Assembly (NCBI GenBank): GCA_963768655.1
Contig: CAVYIM010000005.1
Location: 1-64,000, forward strand
Origin: an uncultured Chloroflexia bacterium
Lineage (GTDB): Bacteria > Chloroflexota > Limnocylindria > Limnocylindrales > CSP1-4
DNA length: 64,000 nucleotides
Direction of reading: 5' to 3'
Below the pieces are notes generated by a model, which worked only from the letters and a program-made list of their open reading frames with translations, was not told where the DNA came from and did not search any database. The translations under genes and the position numbers were made by a program. Positions 10,481-21,841 of the stretch are shown here, piece by piece (the stretch's first letter is position 1; every line of letters begins with the position of its first letter).

Positions 10481-11647
10481 GTGAACCGCTTCGAGGCCAA
10501 CCTGCGCATTCCCGGCCCCACGTCGCTCCCGGACGCCGTCAGAGAGGCCGGCGCCCGCCAGATGGTCAACCATCGCGGTCCGGAGTTCGCCGTCCTCCAG
10601 AACAGCATCATCGCCCGCCTGAAGACCTTCTATAAGACCGAGAACGACGTACTCATCATCACGGCGGCCGGCACCGGCGGGCTCGAATCTGCGATCGTCA
10701 GCTTCCTCTCCCCCGGGGACAAGGTCCTGGCAGTCACCATCGGCACCTTCGGCGATCGCTTCGCCAAGATCGCCTCGACGTACGGCGCGGACGTCACCAA
10801 ACTCGCCTTCGAGCTGGGCAAGGCCGCCGATCCGGAGAAGGTTCGTGAGGCCCTCAAGGCCGGCGGCCCGTGGAAGGCCGTCCTGATGACCCAGAACGAG
10901 ACTTCGACCGCCGTAACCAACCCCATAGAGGCGCTGGCGAAGGTCGCCCACGAGGTGGCTCCCGACGCGCTGGTGATCGTCGACGCCATCTCGGGCCTGG
11001 GCGCCGTCCCGTTCGAGACGGACGCGTGGGGTCTGGACGTCGTGGTCAGCGGCTCTCAGAAGGCCTGGATGGTCGCTCCGGGACTCTCGTTCGTCGCCGT
11101 TTCGCCGCGCGCCTGGGAAGCGGCGGCCGTGGCGAAGATGCCCAAGTTCTACTTCGACCTGCTCGCGCACAAGAGCAGCGCCGAGGCGGGCCAGACGCCG
11201 TGGACCCCGGCCGTGGCGGTCATGTTCCAGCTCGATGTAGCCCTCCAGCTGATGGAGCAGGAGACGCTGGCCGAGATCTGGAAGCGCCACGCGGCCGTCG
11301 CCGCCGCCGTTCGCGCCGGCCTGCAGACCCTCGGCTTCAAGCTCCTGGCGGACCCGGAGTTCGCCTCGGACACGGTCACCGGGGCCTGGATCCCCGAGGA
11401 TCTCGACTGGAAGGCCTTCAACGGCAAACTTCGCAAGTACGGCCTCATCGTTGCCGGCGGCCAGGGTGCCCTGAAGGGCAAGATCTTCCGGATCGGGCAC
11501 CTGGGCCACGTCACGATCCCGAACATCCTGAACGCGATGGCCGTCCTCGAGCAGACGCTCATCGAGCTCGATCGGCCCGTCACTCCCGGCGCGGCCGTGG
11601 CCGCCGCCCAGGTCGCCGCCCTCAAGGCCCTCGGCCTCGCTAAGTAA
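10481..11647 (+). CDS. Class V PLP aminotransferase (alanine-glyoxylate/serine-pyruvate family; probable phosphoserine aminotransferase role)
   Basis: IPGPT, NETST, VDAISGLG, SGSQKAW (PLP lysine), FRIGHLG; GTG start with GAGG RBS; adjacent to serA. Confidence 0.9.
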   Translation: MNRFEANLRIPGPTSLPDAVREAGARQMVNHRGPEFAVLQNSIIARLKTFYKTENDVLIITAAGTGGLESAIVSFLSPGDKVLAVTIGTFGDRFAKIASTYGADVTKLAFELGKAADPEKVREALKAGGPWKAVLMTQNETSTAVTNPIEALAKVAHEVAPDALVIVDAISGLGAVPFETDAWGLDVVVSGSQKAWMVAPGLSFVAVSPRAWEAAAVAKMPKFYFDLLAHKSSAEAGQTPWTPAVAVMFQLDVALQLMEQETLAEIWKRHAAVAAAVRAGLQTLGFKLLADPEFASDTVTGAWIPEDLDWKAFNGKLRKYGLIVAGGQGALKGKIFRIGHLGHVTIPNILNAMAVLEQTLIELDRPVTPGAAVAAAQVAALKALGLAK

Positions 11648-11657
11648 GGAGCATCCG

Positions 11658-13241
11658 ATGAAGATCCTCGTTGCGGAGCCTCTGGCCAAGTCGGGCCTCG
11701 AGATACTCCGGGCCCATCACGAAGTCGACGAGAAGATAGGCCTCTCGCCGGAAGAGCTAGCCGCCATCATCGGCGAGTACGACGCCCTGCTGGTTCGCAG
11801 CCAGGTCAAGGTCACGGCCGAGATACTGGCCCACGCAACGCGGATGGTCGTCATCGGCCGCGCCGGCGTCGGTGTGGACAACGTCGACCTCGAAGCCGCC
11901 ACGAGAGCCGGCATCGTGGTCGTCAACGCCCCGACCGGCAACACTATCTCGGCCGCGGAGCAGACCATCGCCCTGATGCTGGCGCTCGCCCGCAAGACCG
12001 CGGCCGCTGACGCCTCGATGCGAAGGGGCGAGTGGAAACGGAGCTCTTTCACCGGCGTCGAGCTGCGTGGCCGCACGCTCGGCATCATCGGCTTGGGCAA
12101 GATCGGTCAGGCTGTGGCCGACCGCGCCCGCGGCCTCGAGATGAACATCATCGGCTACGACCCCTTCGTGACCGCGGACCAGGCCGCCCTGCACGGCATC
12201 AACCTGGTCGACATCGACGCGATCATCGAGAAAGCCGACGTCATCACAGTCCACGTGCCTCTCAACAAGGCGACGCGCGGGATGATCGGCCCCGATCAAA
12301 TCGCCAGGCTCAAGCCGGGCGTGATGCTCGTCAACGTCGCCCGCGGCGGTGTCTACGACGAAGCGGCGGTCGCCGCCGCGCTCGCCGACGGCAAGATCGC
12401 CGGCGCCGCGTTCGACGTCTATGAGACCGAGCCACCGGTCGACTCGCCCCTCCTGACCGCCCCGAACACGGTTCTGACACCGCACCTGGGCGCTCTCACG
12501 GCCGAGGCTCAGCTGCGTGTAGCGGAGGAAGCCTGCGAGCAGGTCATCGACGTGCTGGCGGGCAGATCGGCCCGCTACGCGGTCAACGCCCCGCTGCTAA
12601 CCCCCGAGACCGCCCGCGCGATCGCCCCGTATCTGCCGCTCACCGAGACGCTCGGACGCATCGGCGCCCAGTACTTCCGCGGCGCGGTCAAAGCCCTCAC
12701 CGTGGACGTGGCCGGCGATCTGGCCAACTACGACGCCTCGCAGCTAACCGCGGCCGCGCTCCGCGGCATCCTCGACAACGCCGCGAGCGAGCGGGTCAAC
12801 CTCATCAACGCCGGCTTCCTGGCCAAGAGCCGGGGCCTGACGGTCAACGAGCGCAAGACCAACGACGCCGGCACGTTCGCGTCGCTGGTGACGCTGACGC
12901 TCGAGGGCGACACGGGCAAAGCCGTTGTGGCCGGCACGATCGCCAACGGAGAGCCCCGCCTGGTCCGTATCGACGACAACTGGCTCGACATGGCGCCGAC
13001 GCCGCTCATGGTCGTCACGCGCCACCAGGACAAACCCGGCACCATGGGTCGCATCGGACTCATGCTCGGCGAGGCGGACGTGAACATCAGCGCGATGCAT
13101 CTGGCCCGGACGGCGCCCAGAAAGGACGCGCTGATGCTTCTGGCCGTCGACGACGAAGTCCCCGACGCCGTGGCCGCGGCCATCCGGAACCACCCGGCGG
13201 TTCTCGACGTTTGGGTGATCCGGGCCGCCACCGACCGTTGA
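11658..13241 (+). CDS. serA: D-3-phosphoglycerate dehydrogenase
   Basis: GRAGVGVDNVD, GLGKIG, NVARGG, TPHLGA motifs; C-terminal ASB and ACT (DKPG) domains. Confidence 0.96.
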   Translation: MKILVAEPLAKSGLEILRAHHEVDEKIGLSPEELAAIIGEYDALLVRSQVKVTAEILAHATRMVVIGRAGVGVDNVDLEAATRAGIVVVNAPTGNTISAAEQTIALMLALARKTAAADASMRRGEWKRSSFTGVELRGRTLGIIGLGKIGQAVADRARGLEMNIIGYDPFVTADQAALHGINLVDIDAIIEKADVITVHVPLNKATRGMIGPDQIARLKPGVMLVNVARGGVYDEAAVAAALADGKIAGAAFDVYETEPPVDSPLLTAPNTVLTPHLGALTAEAQLRVAEEACEQVIDVLAGRSARYAVNAPLLTPETARAIAPYLPLTETLGRIGAQYFRGAVKALTVDVAGDLANYDASQLTAAALRGILDNAASERVNLINAGFLAKSRGLTVNERKTNDAGTFASLVTLTLEGDTGKAVVAGTIANGEPRLVRIDDNWLDMAPTPLMVVTRHQDKPGTMGRIGLMLGEADVNISAMHLARTAPRKDALMLLAVDDEVPDAVAAAIRNHPAVLDVWVIRAATDR

Positions 13242-14086
13242 ACTCCTCTCTCCGGGATGCGGAGCGGCCCTCTGGGGCCGCTCCGCTCATTCCGGACGGC
13301 CTCGACGCGATCCTGGTCCTGCTCCGTCATGGACAGACGCAGTTCATCGTCGAGAAGCGCTTCCAGGGTCAGATGGAGGCGCCGCTCACTCCTCTCGGCG
13401 AGCGGCAGGCCGAGCTGGCCGGCGCGCGGCTGGCCCATCCGCATGCAGCGCCTCCATTGCCAATCCCCGACACGGCGCCCTTCGCCATCGTCCACTCCCC
13501 GTTGGGTCGGGCACTCCGCACCGCCGAGATCGTGGCTGGAGCGATGGGCGCCGCCGGCCGCGCCATTCCACCGCTCCGGTCCGATGCGGGATTCCTGGAG
13601 ATAGGCCAGGGCGAGTGGGAGGGGCTCACGGACGCCGAGATCACGGCCCGCTTCGGAGAGTCGCTGGCCGCGTGGCGGCGCTGGCCGACCCGCCACCACG
13701 CCCCCGGGGGCGAAAGTCTCGAGCAGGTCCGAGCCCGTGTCGAGACGTCGCTGGCGGGTATGCTGGCTGACCTGGCGGATGGGACGGCCCGCGGAACGCT
13801 GGATCGACACCAGGTTCTCGGCTATGCGGATGCGGCCCATGAGAACCCGCGCTGGTCGCTAATCGTCGGACACGGCGGGGTCTTCCGAGTCGTCGTCTGC
13901 TCCCTTCTCGGCCTTCCGTCGGCGCACTTCTGGAACTTCGACTTCGGCCTCGCCGCGATCGCAGTCGTCGAGATCCGAGCCGGCCGCGCGGTTCTGCGTG
14001 CGGTGAACCTGGACGATCACCTCGGCCGGGAGGATGGCGCCGTCTCGGCCGAATCGCCGGCGCGGAGTCAGTCCGGCGCGCTCTGA
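13238..14086 (+). CDS. Histidine phosphatase family protein (possible phosphoserine phosphatase)
   Basis: LRHGQT, SPLGRA, GEWEG, PGGES, VGHGG motifs; TTG start overlaps the serA stop. Confidence 0.88.
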   Translation: MNSSLRDAERPSGAAPLIPDGLDAILVLLRHGQTQFIVEKRFQGQMEAPLTPLGERQAELAGARLAHPHAAPPLPIPDTAPFAIVHSPLGRALRTAEIVAGAMGAAGRAIPPLRSDAGFLEIGQGEWEGLTDAEITARFGESLAAWRRWPTRHHAPGGESLEQVRARVETSLAGMLADLADGTARGTLDRHQVLGYADAAHENPRWSLIVGHGGVFRVVVCSLLGLPSAHFWNFDFGLAAIAVVEIRAGRAVLRAVNLDDHLGREDGAVSAESPARSQSGAL

Positions 14087-14150
14087 GGGCCGGCTCGCCC
14101 GTTGATCATCGGTGCCCGTAACGGGCGCCCACCCCGCGCCCCACGCCGAC

Positions 14151-16559
14151 TCAGCGGCGTTTGGCTCGGCCTCTTTGCTGTCGCTTTGGGCCGCGGCTCG
14201 GGAAGTGGAGAAGGAGCCGCAGCAGGGCCTGGCGAACCCGACGCTGGGCCGCGGCCAGAGAGATGAGTCGCTCCGTCGGCAGCTGCCTCCGGCCGTATAC
14301 GACCTCGACCTGGGCGGTCGCGACTTCGCCCAGCGGATCTCGTGCCCTCGGGACGACATCGGCCAGCATGCCCGTGTACTCGTACACGGTCTGCGTTGGG
14401 AGTGGCTGGTAGCCGAGCCTGCTGGCCGCCCGGACTACGCCCCGATACAGCGCCTCGGGACTCTCCAGCCGGCGCGGCCGGCGCCGCCACACGACCAGCA
14501 GGGCGAGCAGAACCACGAGGAGGATCAGGGCCGGCAGCAACAAGCCAGTTCCGCCGGTGTCCGTCGGTGCGGGCGAGGTCGAGCCGCCCGCGGCACCGTG
14601 ACTTGGCCTGACGTTAGCCTCCGTGCCGCCGGCGTTCTGAGACGGCAACGGACTCGGCGTAGCCTTTGCCGGGCTGCCCAACGGGAGCTCGGTCGGCTGG
14701 CCCACCGAGCCGCCGGTCGGATCGAATGGTATCCAACCGTAGGTCGGGAAATAGACCTCAACCCAGGCGTGGCGCTGCTGCCCCGTCACGTCGATCGCGC
14801 GACTCGCCTGTTCCACATGGCCCGACAGGTAACCCTCGACGTAGCGGGCCGGGTACCCGTCCATCCGCATCAACATCGTCATGGTCGTGGCGTATTGCTC
14901 GCAGAAACCCCTCTTGAATGTGGCGAAGCAATCGACCGTTGTCAGCGACTCGCACGCCAAGTCCGAGATATTGGAGTCGTAGGTGAAGTTGTTGGGGTCG
15001 CGAAGGTAGGCCTGGATAGCATTCGCAGCGTCAAACGAGTTCGTGAAATGCCCCGTCTTGGGGTCGACGGCAACGCCGTTGGATTTCGCCCATGACTCGA
15101 TCTGGCGCAGCAAGTCCTGACCGGCTGACCCCACCAGGTCAGCGCCTTGCGTGTACCGGTCCAGCAGCCCCGGCGGATAGTTCGTGCCGGCCTGGCGGAG
15201 CAGCGACTCCGTGAGCCCCGTGCCAGAGAAGCTCAGGTTTGGCACCGAGGCCGTCACCGAGTAGTTTGTGGCGTTGGTCGGGAACCAGACAACGTCCGAC
15301 GCCGACGGCGATCCCCCGACCAGGACGCGAGTGACTGATATGGTCGCCGACACGGGCTCATTGGCAACGACGAGATGCTGGAGCGACGAGTCGCTGACAT
15401 TGACCGTGTACGTGACCGTGGTCCGGCCCGACGTGTCCGCGGCGACCTGGTCGAGTGTGCCCTCGTTCAGGCCATCGCCCGCCAGCACCGCGCTCTGCGA
15501 ACCTGCGCCCGCCGCCCAGCCGGTCGACTCGAATGTGTCGTAGGAGATCACCCGCCAGTGAGAGACGGGCGCTCCCTCGGGCGCCTGGATGGTGAAGACG
15601 AGGCTGCTCAATTCGTTGAACGTCGAGCCGATGACCGTGGAGGTCCCGAAATCGGCGCCCGAGGGGAAACGGGTCCTGCTCCCCGACGGCAGATAGGCGC
15701 TGATCCAGGTCGCGAAGTCGTGGAAGTTGCCGCCGAAACCGGACCAGGCACTGGCCAGCGGCGCCGAGCTCGCGACAGTCGTCAGAATCAACGCCCCGCA
15801 GATCGCCGCCGAAGCGAAACCGAGACCGTTCTGGAGCCGCGGCGCGTGGAGATCTCCCGCACGCCAGACGCGATGCCGCTGCAGGCTCGTGCGCTCATCG
15901 GCGGCATGGGCTCCGAGGAGCAGCACAAGTGCTGCGGCACTGAAGAGGACGAGGGCCGGAAACTGATCCTGGGCCGTGAGCGCCATGTTGGCAATCAGGA
16001 TGACCGCCATCAACAGGACGCCGTTTATTGCCCGATGGTACCCAAAGACGTCATACGCAGCCGCCTGGGCGGTCCCCCAGATGACGATGCCGATGATCAG
16101 GCAGAAGTGCCCGTATTGGGTGGTGGAGATCTGGTGGCGCCAGGTCAGGTCGAGATAGGCCTGGGCCACGGAGCTGGCGGCGGCCTGGAACCAGCCTTCG
16201 AGGCCCGGAGTCGCGCCCGGCATCAACGGGACCACCGAGCCCACGACCTCGATCAGAACGAAGGCGCCGACGGCTGCGCCCGTGACCTGGGCTATCCACG
16301 GCGCGACACCGAGGCGAGAGCTCAGATAGCCCCACAGGGCCGCAGCAACCGCGATCCAGATGACGAAGCTCGTAAGGTCGTCTCGACCGAGGATCCAGCG
16401 GGCGTCGGCGACCGACCAGGCCGTCGTGCCGGCCATCAGCAACACCAGAGCCAGGCTCAGCCAGCCCTCGTCCGGCCTCAACCGGTCCATCCATCTCCCA
16501 AGCGGGCCGGCCTCGTCGAATCCGCGATCCCAGTCGCGTGAACTCAGTTCGGCGGTCAT
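14151..16559 (-). CDS. Membrane transglutaminase-like protein (TgpA/DUF4129 type)
   Basis: Multiple N-terminal TMs; GFCEQYA...ARYVEGY...HAWVEVYFP...WIPFDPT catalytic motifs. Confidence 0.9.
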   Translation of the reverse strand: MTAELSSRDWDRGFDEAGPLGRWMDRLRPDEGWLSLALVLLMAGTTAWSVADARWILGRDDLTSFVIWIAVAAALWGYLSSRLGVAPWIAQVTGAAVGAFVLIEVVGSVVPLMPGATPGLEGWFQAAASSVAQAYLDLTWRHQISTTQYGHFCLIIGIVIWGTAQAAAYDVFGYHRAINGVLLMAVILIANMALTAQDQFPALVLFSAAALVLLLGAHAADERTSLQRHRVWRAGDLHAPRLQNGLGFASAAICGALILTTVASSAPLASAWSGFGGNFHDFATWISAYLPSGSRTRFPSGADFGTSTVIGSTFNELSSLVFTIQAPEGAPVSHWRVISYDTFESTGWAAGAGSQSAVLAGDGLNEGTLDQVAADTSGRTTVTYTVNVSDSSLQHLVVANEPVSATISVTRVLVGGSPSASDVVWFPTNATNYSVTASVPNLSFSGTGLTESLLRQAGTNYPPGLLDRYTQGADLVGSAGQDLLRQIESWAKSNGVAVDPKTGHFTNSFDAANAIQAYLRDPNNFTYDSNISDLACESLTTVDCFATFKRGFCEQYATTMTMLMRMDGYPARYVEGYLSGHVEQASRAIDVTGQQRHAWVEVYFPTYGWIPFDPTGGSVGQPTELPLGSPAKATPSPLPSQNAGGTEANVRPSHGAAGGSTSPAPTDTGGTGLLLPALILLVVLLALLVVWRRRPRRLESPEALYRGVVRAASRLGYQPLPTQTVYEYTGMLADVVPRARDPLGEVATAQVEVVYGRRQLPTERLISLAAAQRRVRQALLRLLLHFPSRGPKRQQRGRAKRR

Positions 16560-17785
16560 GCCAGCACCGTCCCGAGATCGTCGCCGGCCGAGACCTTGCA
16601 TGCCTTGAGATCGTATTCGGCCAGGGCGAAGCGAAGCGCCCTCCACTGCGCTGACTCGTTTGTCAGCTCGTCGCCGCTGCCGCGCCGTCCGGGTTGAGCG
16701 GCCCGCTCATAGCTGGCCGCGTCGACGGTCACGACTACCGCGGCCACTCCTCTGCTCCGCAGCGCCGCCAACGCCCGGATCCACGACCGGTCAAGCGACG
16801 GCGTCACGACGACTGCGGTCATGCCGCGTCTCAGCCGGGGCAGGCCCGCGAGGAGCACCTCGCCCAAAGGACTGTGCCCATCGCCATCGACGGCGGCAAA
16901 GAGCTGCATGATCTTGAATCGCTGACGCGGACCACGGTCCGCCGGGATGGATACGAGCCGATGCCCGCTGGTCGTCACACCCACGGCCCGATTCTCCACG
17001 ATCGCGTCGTGAGCGATGGAGGCCGCCACTCGCAGCGACTCCTCGACCGTCGAAACGTCGCCTTCCCCGCCCTGCACGGAGGTCTCCAGGTCCACGAAGA
17101 GCCACACGTCGGCAGTCTGCTCCAGATCGAATTCCTTGACCTGGATCTCGCCCAGGCGAGCGGTGCTGCGCCAGTGGATCCGGTTGAAGCTGTCGCCCGG
17201 GGCGTAGGGCCGGACAGTTGTGGCCAGCGGCGTCGTCTGGAGCGTCCGCTCCGGGGCCGAATGCGAGCCCTCGAGGTTCGCGTTCGGCAGGCGCCAGCGT
17301 GGCAGAGGCACGACACGCGGGAAGACGGTGACGACCGTGGGCCGGCCCACTGTGGCAGCCGCTTCGAAGAAGCCGAACGGATCGCCCGTCCGCACGACCA
17401 TCGGCTCGATCCGATACGTGCCGCGCCTCGTCAGTGGCACGATTGCGACCCAGGATCGCTGCGCCCAGGGCCGCAGGCCGAGGGCGCGCCCTGGAAGCGG
17501 CACCGGCAGATCCGTCGGGTTGTACACCTCGAGCCACGGCTTGGGCAGACGGCTGGCGTTGGAGATGCTGTAGGTGGTCCGGAGATCGTCTCCAACGTGA
17601 CCCTGGCGATGATCGACCCGATAGCCGGCCTCCAGATCCGCCAGACCGAAGCGGGTGAGCACATAGCTGCCGCCCACGGCCAGAAGCCCCAGATAGACGA
17701 CGTAGAACAGGAACGGCAATCCGGTCGAGAACGCGGCAAGGACAAGAACCAGCGCCACGACCAGGAACTGGAGCCGCCTGATCAC
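16556..17785 (-). CDS. DUF58 domain protein
   Basis: GDPFGF, VRPYAPGDSFNRIHWRSTAR, VKEF motifs; sits in a MoxR operon. Confidence 0.9.
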   Translation of the reverse strand: MIRRLQFLVVALVLVLAAFSTGLPFLFYVVYLGLLAVGGSYVLTRFGLADLEAGYRVDHRQGHVGDDLRTTYSISNASRLPKPWLEVYNPTDLPVPLPGRALGLRPWAQRSWVAIVPLTRRGTYRIEPMVVRTGDPFGFFEAAATVGRPTVVTVFPRVVPLPRWRLPNANLEGSHSAPERTLQTTPLATTVRPYAPGDSFNRIHWRSTARLGEIQVKEFDLEQTADVWLFVDLETSVQGGEGDVSTVEESLRVAASIAHDAIVENRAVGVTTSGHRLVSIPADRGPRQRFKIMQLFAAVDGDGHSPLGEVLLAGLPRLRRGMTAVVVTPSLDRSWIRALAALRSRGVAAVVVTVDAASYERAAQPGRRGSGDELTNESAQWRALRFALAEYDLKACKVSAGDDLGTVLA

Positions 17786-17806
17786 GAGGCTTCGCCCTTC
17801 TGGAGG

Positions 17807-18838
<1,032 letters not shown>

Positions 18839-19229
18839 CGGTTTCTCTTCTCCCCCAGAGGTGGGTTGATGATCCGCCAGCGGGCCGCGGCGTCGGTTTC
18901 TCGGCTATGCCCCCGTCCGGGTTCGTCTTCGGGGGACGCACCATACTACGCCGAGACGGCCGGACGCTGGCTCCTGTGACCGCAGTCGCAACATCATGCG
19001 GGTCGGCTCTCGTCGGCTTCCACGCGGCACAGGAACCTCGGCGGCTCGACACTCGCTGCTCGCCGCCCTATTCTGGCAGCCTTGCGAATCGCCTTGCAGA
19101 AAATGGGACCTTCGGACTCCGCCACGAGTACGAGCAGGGCGGCTCACCCGTGGGGTACAACGGCGTACCCTCCATCAACGAGCGTGATGTTGGCAGCGCT
19201 CGGAGCTGGCAGAGGACATCGGAGCACAC

Positions 19230-21233
19230 ATGCGCGAACTCACCGACTCGTACTGCGAGCGGTGTGGCACCCGCTACACCTTCGGTCCGAGCCCCACCAA
19301 GGGGCCGTCGCTGACCGGTGCGCGCCTCCTCGCAAAGGGTCTCAAGAACTTCGTCATGACCGACGGCACGTCGATCGACGAGGCCATGGCCGCGGCTCGC
19401 CTTGACGTCACGAAAGACGAGTCCTCTCGGGTGACCGAGGAGTTCCATCGGACCTTCAACTTCTGCATGACCTGTCGCCAGTATGCCTGCGACAAGTGCT
19501 GGAACGAGAATCAGGGTGCCTGCCTCTCATGCGCCCCCCTCTGGGACCAGAAGCCAGTCGCGCGCAATGGCTATCTGATAGTCCGCACGCCCGTCACGCG
19601 CCAGGATCTCGGAGACGCCGCGAAGCCGCGCTCGGCGGCAGATGCGGCCCCCGGGCCGGCCGGCCTCCCGGACGCTGTACCGTGGCCCGACCAGGATCCG
19701 CTGCCAGGACGGACCGCGCCTCCACCGGGCGGCAACGGCCACCGTCCGCCGGAGATGGCGCCGGCCCTCTCACCATCGCAACCCTCACTTGTGTCGCACG
19801 TACCGATGCTTGGGCCGGCAGAACTGCCTGAGCAGGAGCAGCCTCAGCCGGCAGGGCCTGTCGAGCGCCGCCTGCCCCAAGCACGGCCACAGCAGCCGCG
19901 CCAGCCGGCCAGACTCTCGGAGGAAGAGCGGTCGGCGGCCCAGCAGCTGCACGCTCAGGCGCAAGCCTGGAAGGTGCGCGACGACGGGTGGGACCTCTGG
20001 CCGATGAGCGACGAGCCCGCCAACGCCGAGATGACACTCACTCCCGAGGAGCTCCATCTCGTCCAGGCGCAGCTCGGCCACGTTCAGTTGCCCGACGAGA
20101 CAGATGACTCCCCCATTCTGGCCGCGGGCTCCGACGCGGGGGCGTTCGCACCGGCCCGCACGCTGGCCGAGGACGCGGCTCGGGTGACTGAGCCGCGACC
20201 GGACTACGTGACCGAGCCCGAACAGCCGGTCCGGGCCGCATGGGAGCCCGAGACGCCAGCCCCCCGGAAGGCGGCGTCGTCCGACTTCGACCTGCTGGGT
20301 TCGCTGCGGCAGCCGATCGAACTCCCGGAGCCGCAAGCGGACGCGGGGCCACACCGCCCACCGGTCATCGGCCGCCTGCTGGGTCACCGCGCGCCGCTTG
20401 ACGACACTCCCCGCCAAGCCGAGCCGAAACTGACGCAGCCGGTCAAGACGCCCCGACGCAGCAGCAAGGGACCGACGATGCCGTGGCCGACGGCGACGCG
20501 GTGGGTCGATCGTCCGATCGAGCCTCACGACTGGTGGGCCGATGCAGATGCCGCCGCTGTCGACCAAATGGGGCCCGAGGCAGTCCCGGCCGGAGCCCCG
20601 GAGCCCATTGCCGCCGAAGCTACGGCGGAGAGCACGAGCCCTGCGGCCGCCGAACCGGTGGCCTTCGCTACAGTCCGGCCCGAGCTCGAGGCCAGGTCGG
20701 AGCCCGCGCCCGAGCCCGTACCGGCGCGGGCCACCGAGCACGCTCCCGAGGCGGCGGCGCCGGCGCAGCAATCGCTCTTCACTCTGCCCGCCGTGTCCAC
20801 CGACCGATGGGCGCCGGCCAAACCCGACATGCCCACCGGCGCCCCGGGCGAGTGGCCCGTCAGCGACCCGCTCGACCCGGGGCTGGCGCCGCCGGCGAAG
20901 CCAGCCGGCCGCAGTCCCGTTCAGCCTGGCCCTGTCGCCGCCGACATCGCGGAGGAACCCGCTGCGTGGCCGCCGATCGGCGCCAGCTGGCCAGCTCCGG
21001 CCAGTCCGGCGGCGCCGTGGCCGCTTCCCGCCGCGGGCGTCCCTGCCTCGGTCGCGGCCGCTGCCCTGGCCGAGCAGGGCGAGATGCCGGAGTCACCGCT
21101 CGTGGCCGCCCTCTGGGCCGAGTCGGCTCAGCAGGTGCTGGACCGCGGCACGGTCCGCGTCTGCCACCACTGCGCCCTGCCGGTCTCGACTCAGGCCCGA
21201 TACTGCCGCCGCTGCGGTACTCGGCAGGCCTGA
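19230..21233 (+). CDS. Hypothetical protein with N- and C-terminal Cys-rich zinc-binding modules and a long Pro/Ala-rich linker
   Basis: CERC, CMTCRQYACDKC...CLSC, C-terminal CHHC...CRRC. Confidence 0.75.
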   Translation: MRELTDSYCERCGTRYTFGPSPTKGPSLTGARLLAKGLKNFVMTDGTSIDEAMAAARLDVTKDESSRVTEEFHRTFNFCMTCRQYACDKCWNENQGACLSCAPLWDQKPVARNGYLIVRTPVTRQDLGDAAKPRSAADAAPGPAGLPDAVPWPDQDPLPGRTAPPPGGNGHRPPEMAPALSPSQPSLVSHVPMLGPAELPEQEQPQPAGPVERRLPQARPQQPRQPARLSEEERSAAQQLHAQAQAWKVRDDGWDLWPMSDEPANAEMTLTPEELHLVQAQLGHVQLPDETDDSPILAAGSDAGAFAPARTLAEDAARVTEPRPDYVTEPEQPVRAAWEPETPAPRKAASSDFDLLGSLRQPIELPEPQADAGPHRPPVIGRLLGHRAPLDDTPRQAEPKLTQPVKTPRRSSKGPTMPWPTATRWVDRPIEPHDWWADADAAAVDQMGPEAVPAGAPEPIAAEATAESTSPAAAEPVAFATVRPELEARSEPAPEPVPARATEHAPEAAAPAQQSLFTLPAVSTDRWAPAKPDMPTGAPGEWPVSDPLDPGLAPPAKPAGRSPVQPGPVAADIAEEPAAWPPIGASWPAPASPAAPWPLPAAGVPASVAAAALAEQGEMPESPLVAALWAESAQQVLDRGTVRVCHHCALPVSTQARYCRRCGTRQA

Positions 21234-21263
21234 GACCCGCGCCGCGCCCGACGCGGTCCTCCC

Positions 21264-21506
21264 CTAGCGGTCGAGATCTTCGAACAGCCCGGGTTGCAGG
21301 TCCTCGCCGTGGACGGTGCCGTGCGGTCGCAGCAGCGATCGGACCTGGACCTTGCGCACGAAGCGCCGGTTGCCCAGCTTGATGCTCTGGAGTCTGCCAG
21401 TCCGGGCCCATCGGCCGATCGTGCCGGACGTGAAGCGCACGTTGGAAGCCGCGAGCAGGTCGGCCGCCTCCGAAAGCGAGATCCAATCGGTCGGTGGCTT
21501 CGACAT
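21264..21506 (-). CDS. Small helix-turn-helix (excisionase/MerR-like) DNA-binding protein
   Basis: ISLSEAADLL...TIGRWARTGRL...KLGNRRFV pattern. Confidence 0.75.
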   Translation of the reverse strand: MSKPPTDWISLSEAADLLAASNVRFTSGTIGRWARTGRLQSIKLGNRRFVRKVQVRSLLRPHGTVHGEDLQPGLFEDLDR

Positions 21507-21508
21507 GA

Positions 21509-21823
21509 TCAGTCCGAGTCCTTCTGCGCCGCGGCGCCGGACGACTCGCCGGACGACTCGCCGGCCGACTCGCCGGAACCGCCGCCGGCATCCGATGCCG
21601 CGCCCGACCCGGTTTCCTTTGGTCCGACCTTCGCCGGCTTTGCCGTGGACGACCGTTCCTTGCGGGCCCAGCCGGTGCCCTTGAAGTGCACGGTTGGAAC
21701 CCCGAAGGCCTTCTTCAGCGGCGCGCCGCACAAAGGACAAGCATCCGGTCCGTGGCCATGGACGGAGTGCCTGACTTCCATCTCGTGGCCGCAGCTGGTG
21801 CAGACGTAGTCGTAGGTGGGCAC
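21509..21823 (-). CDS. FmdB-family zinc ribbon protein
   Basis: MPTYDYVCTSCGH...CPLCG...VHFKGTGW. Confidence 0.9.
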   Translation of the reverse strand: MPTYDYVCTSCGHEMEVRHSVHGHGPDACPLCGAPLKKAFGVPTVHFKGTGWARKERSSTAKPAKVGPKETGSGAASDAGGGSGESAGESSGESSGAAAQKDSD

Positions 21824-21841
21824 GGGGCTCTCCAGGCGCCG

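Noticed and set aside
21264-21506. HTH protein as the excisionase/RDF of the Kelch array
   Set aside because: It is 18 kb away and embedded in an operon downstream of valS, with no evidence of linkage
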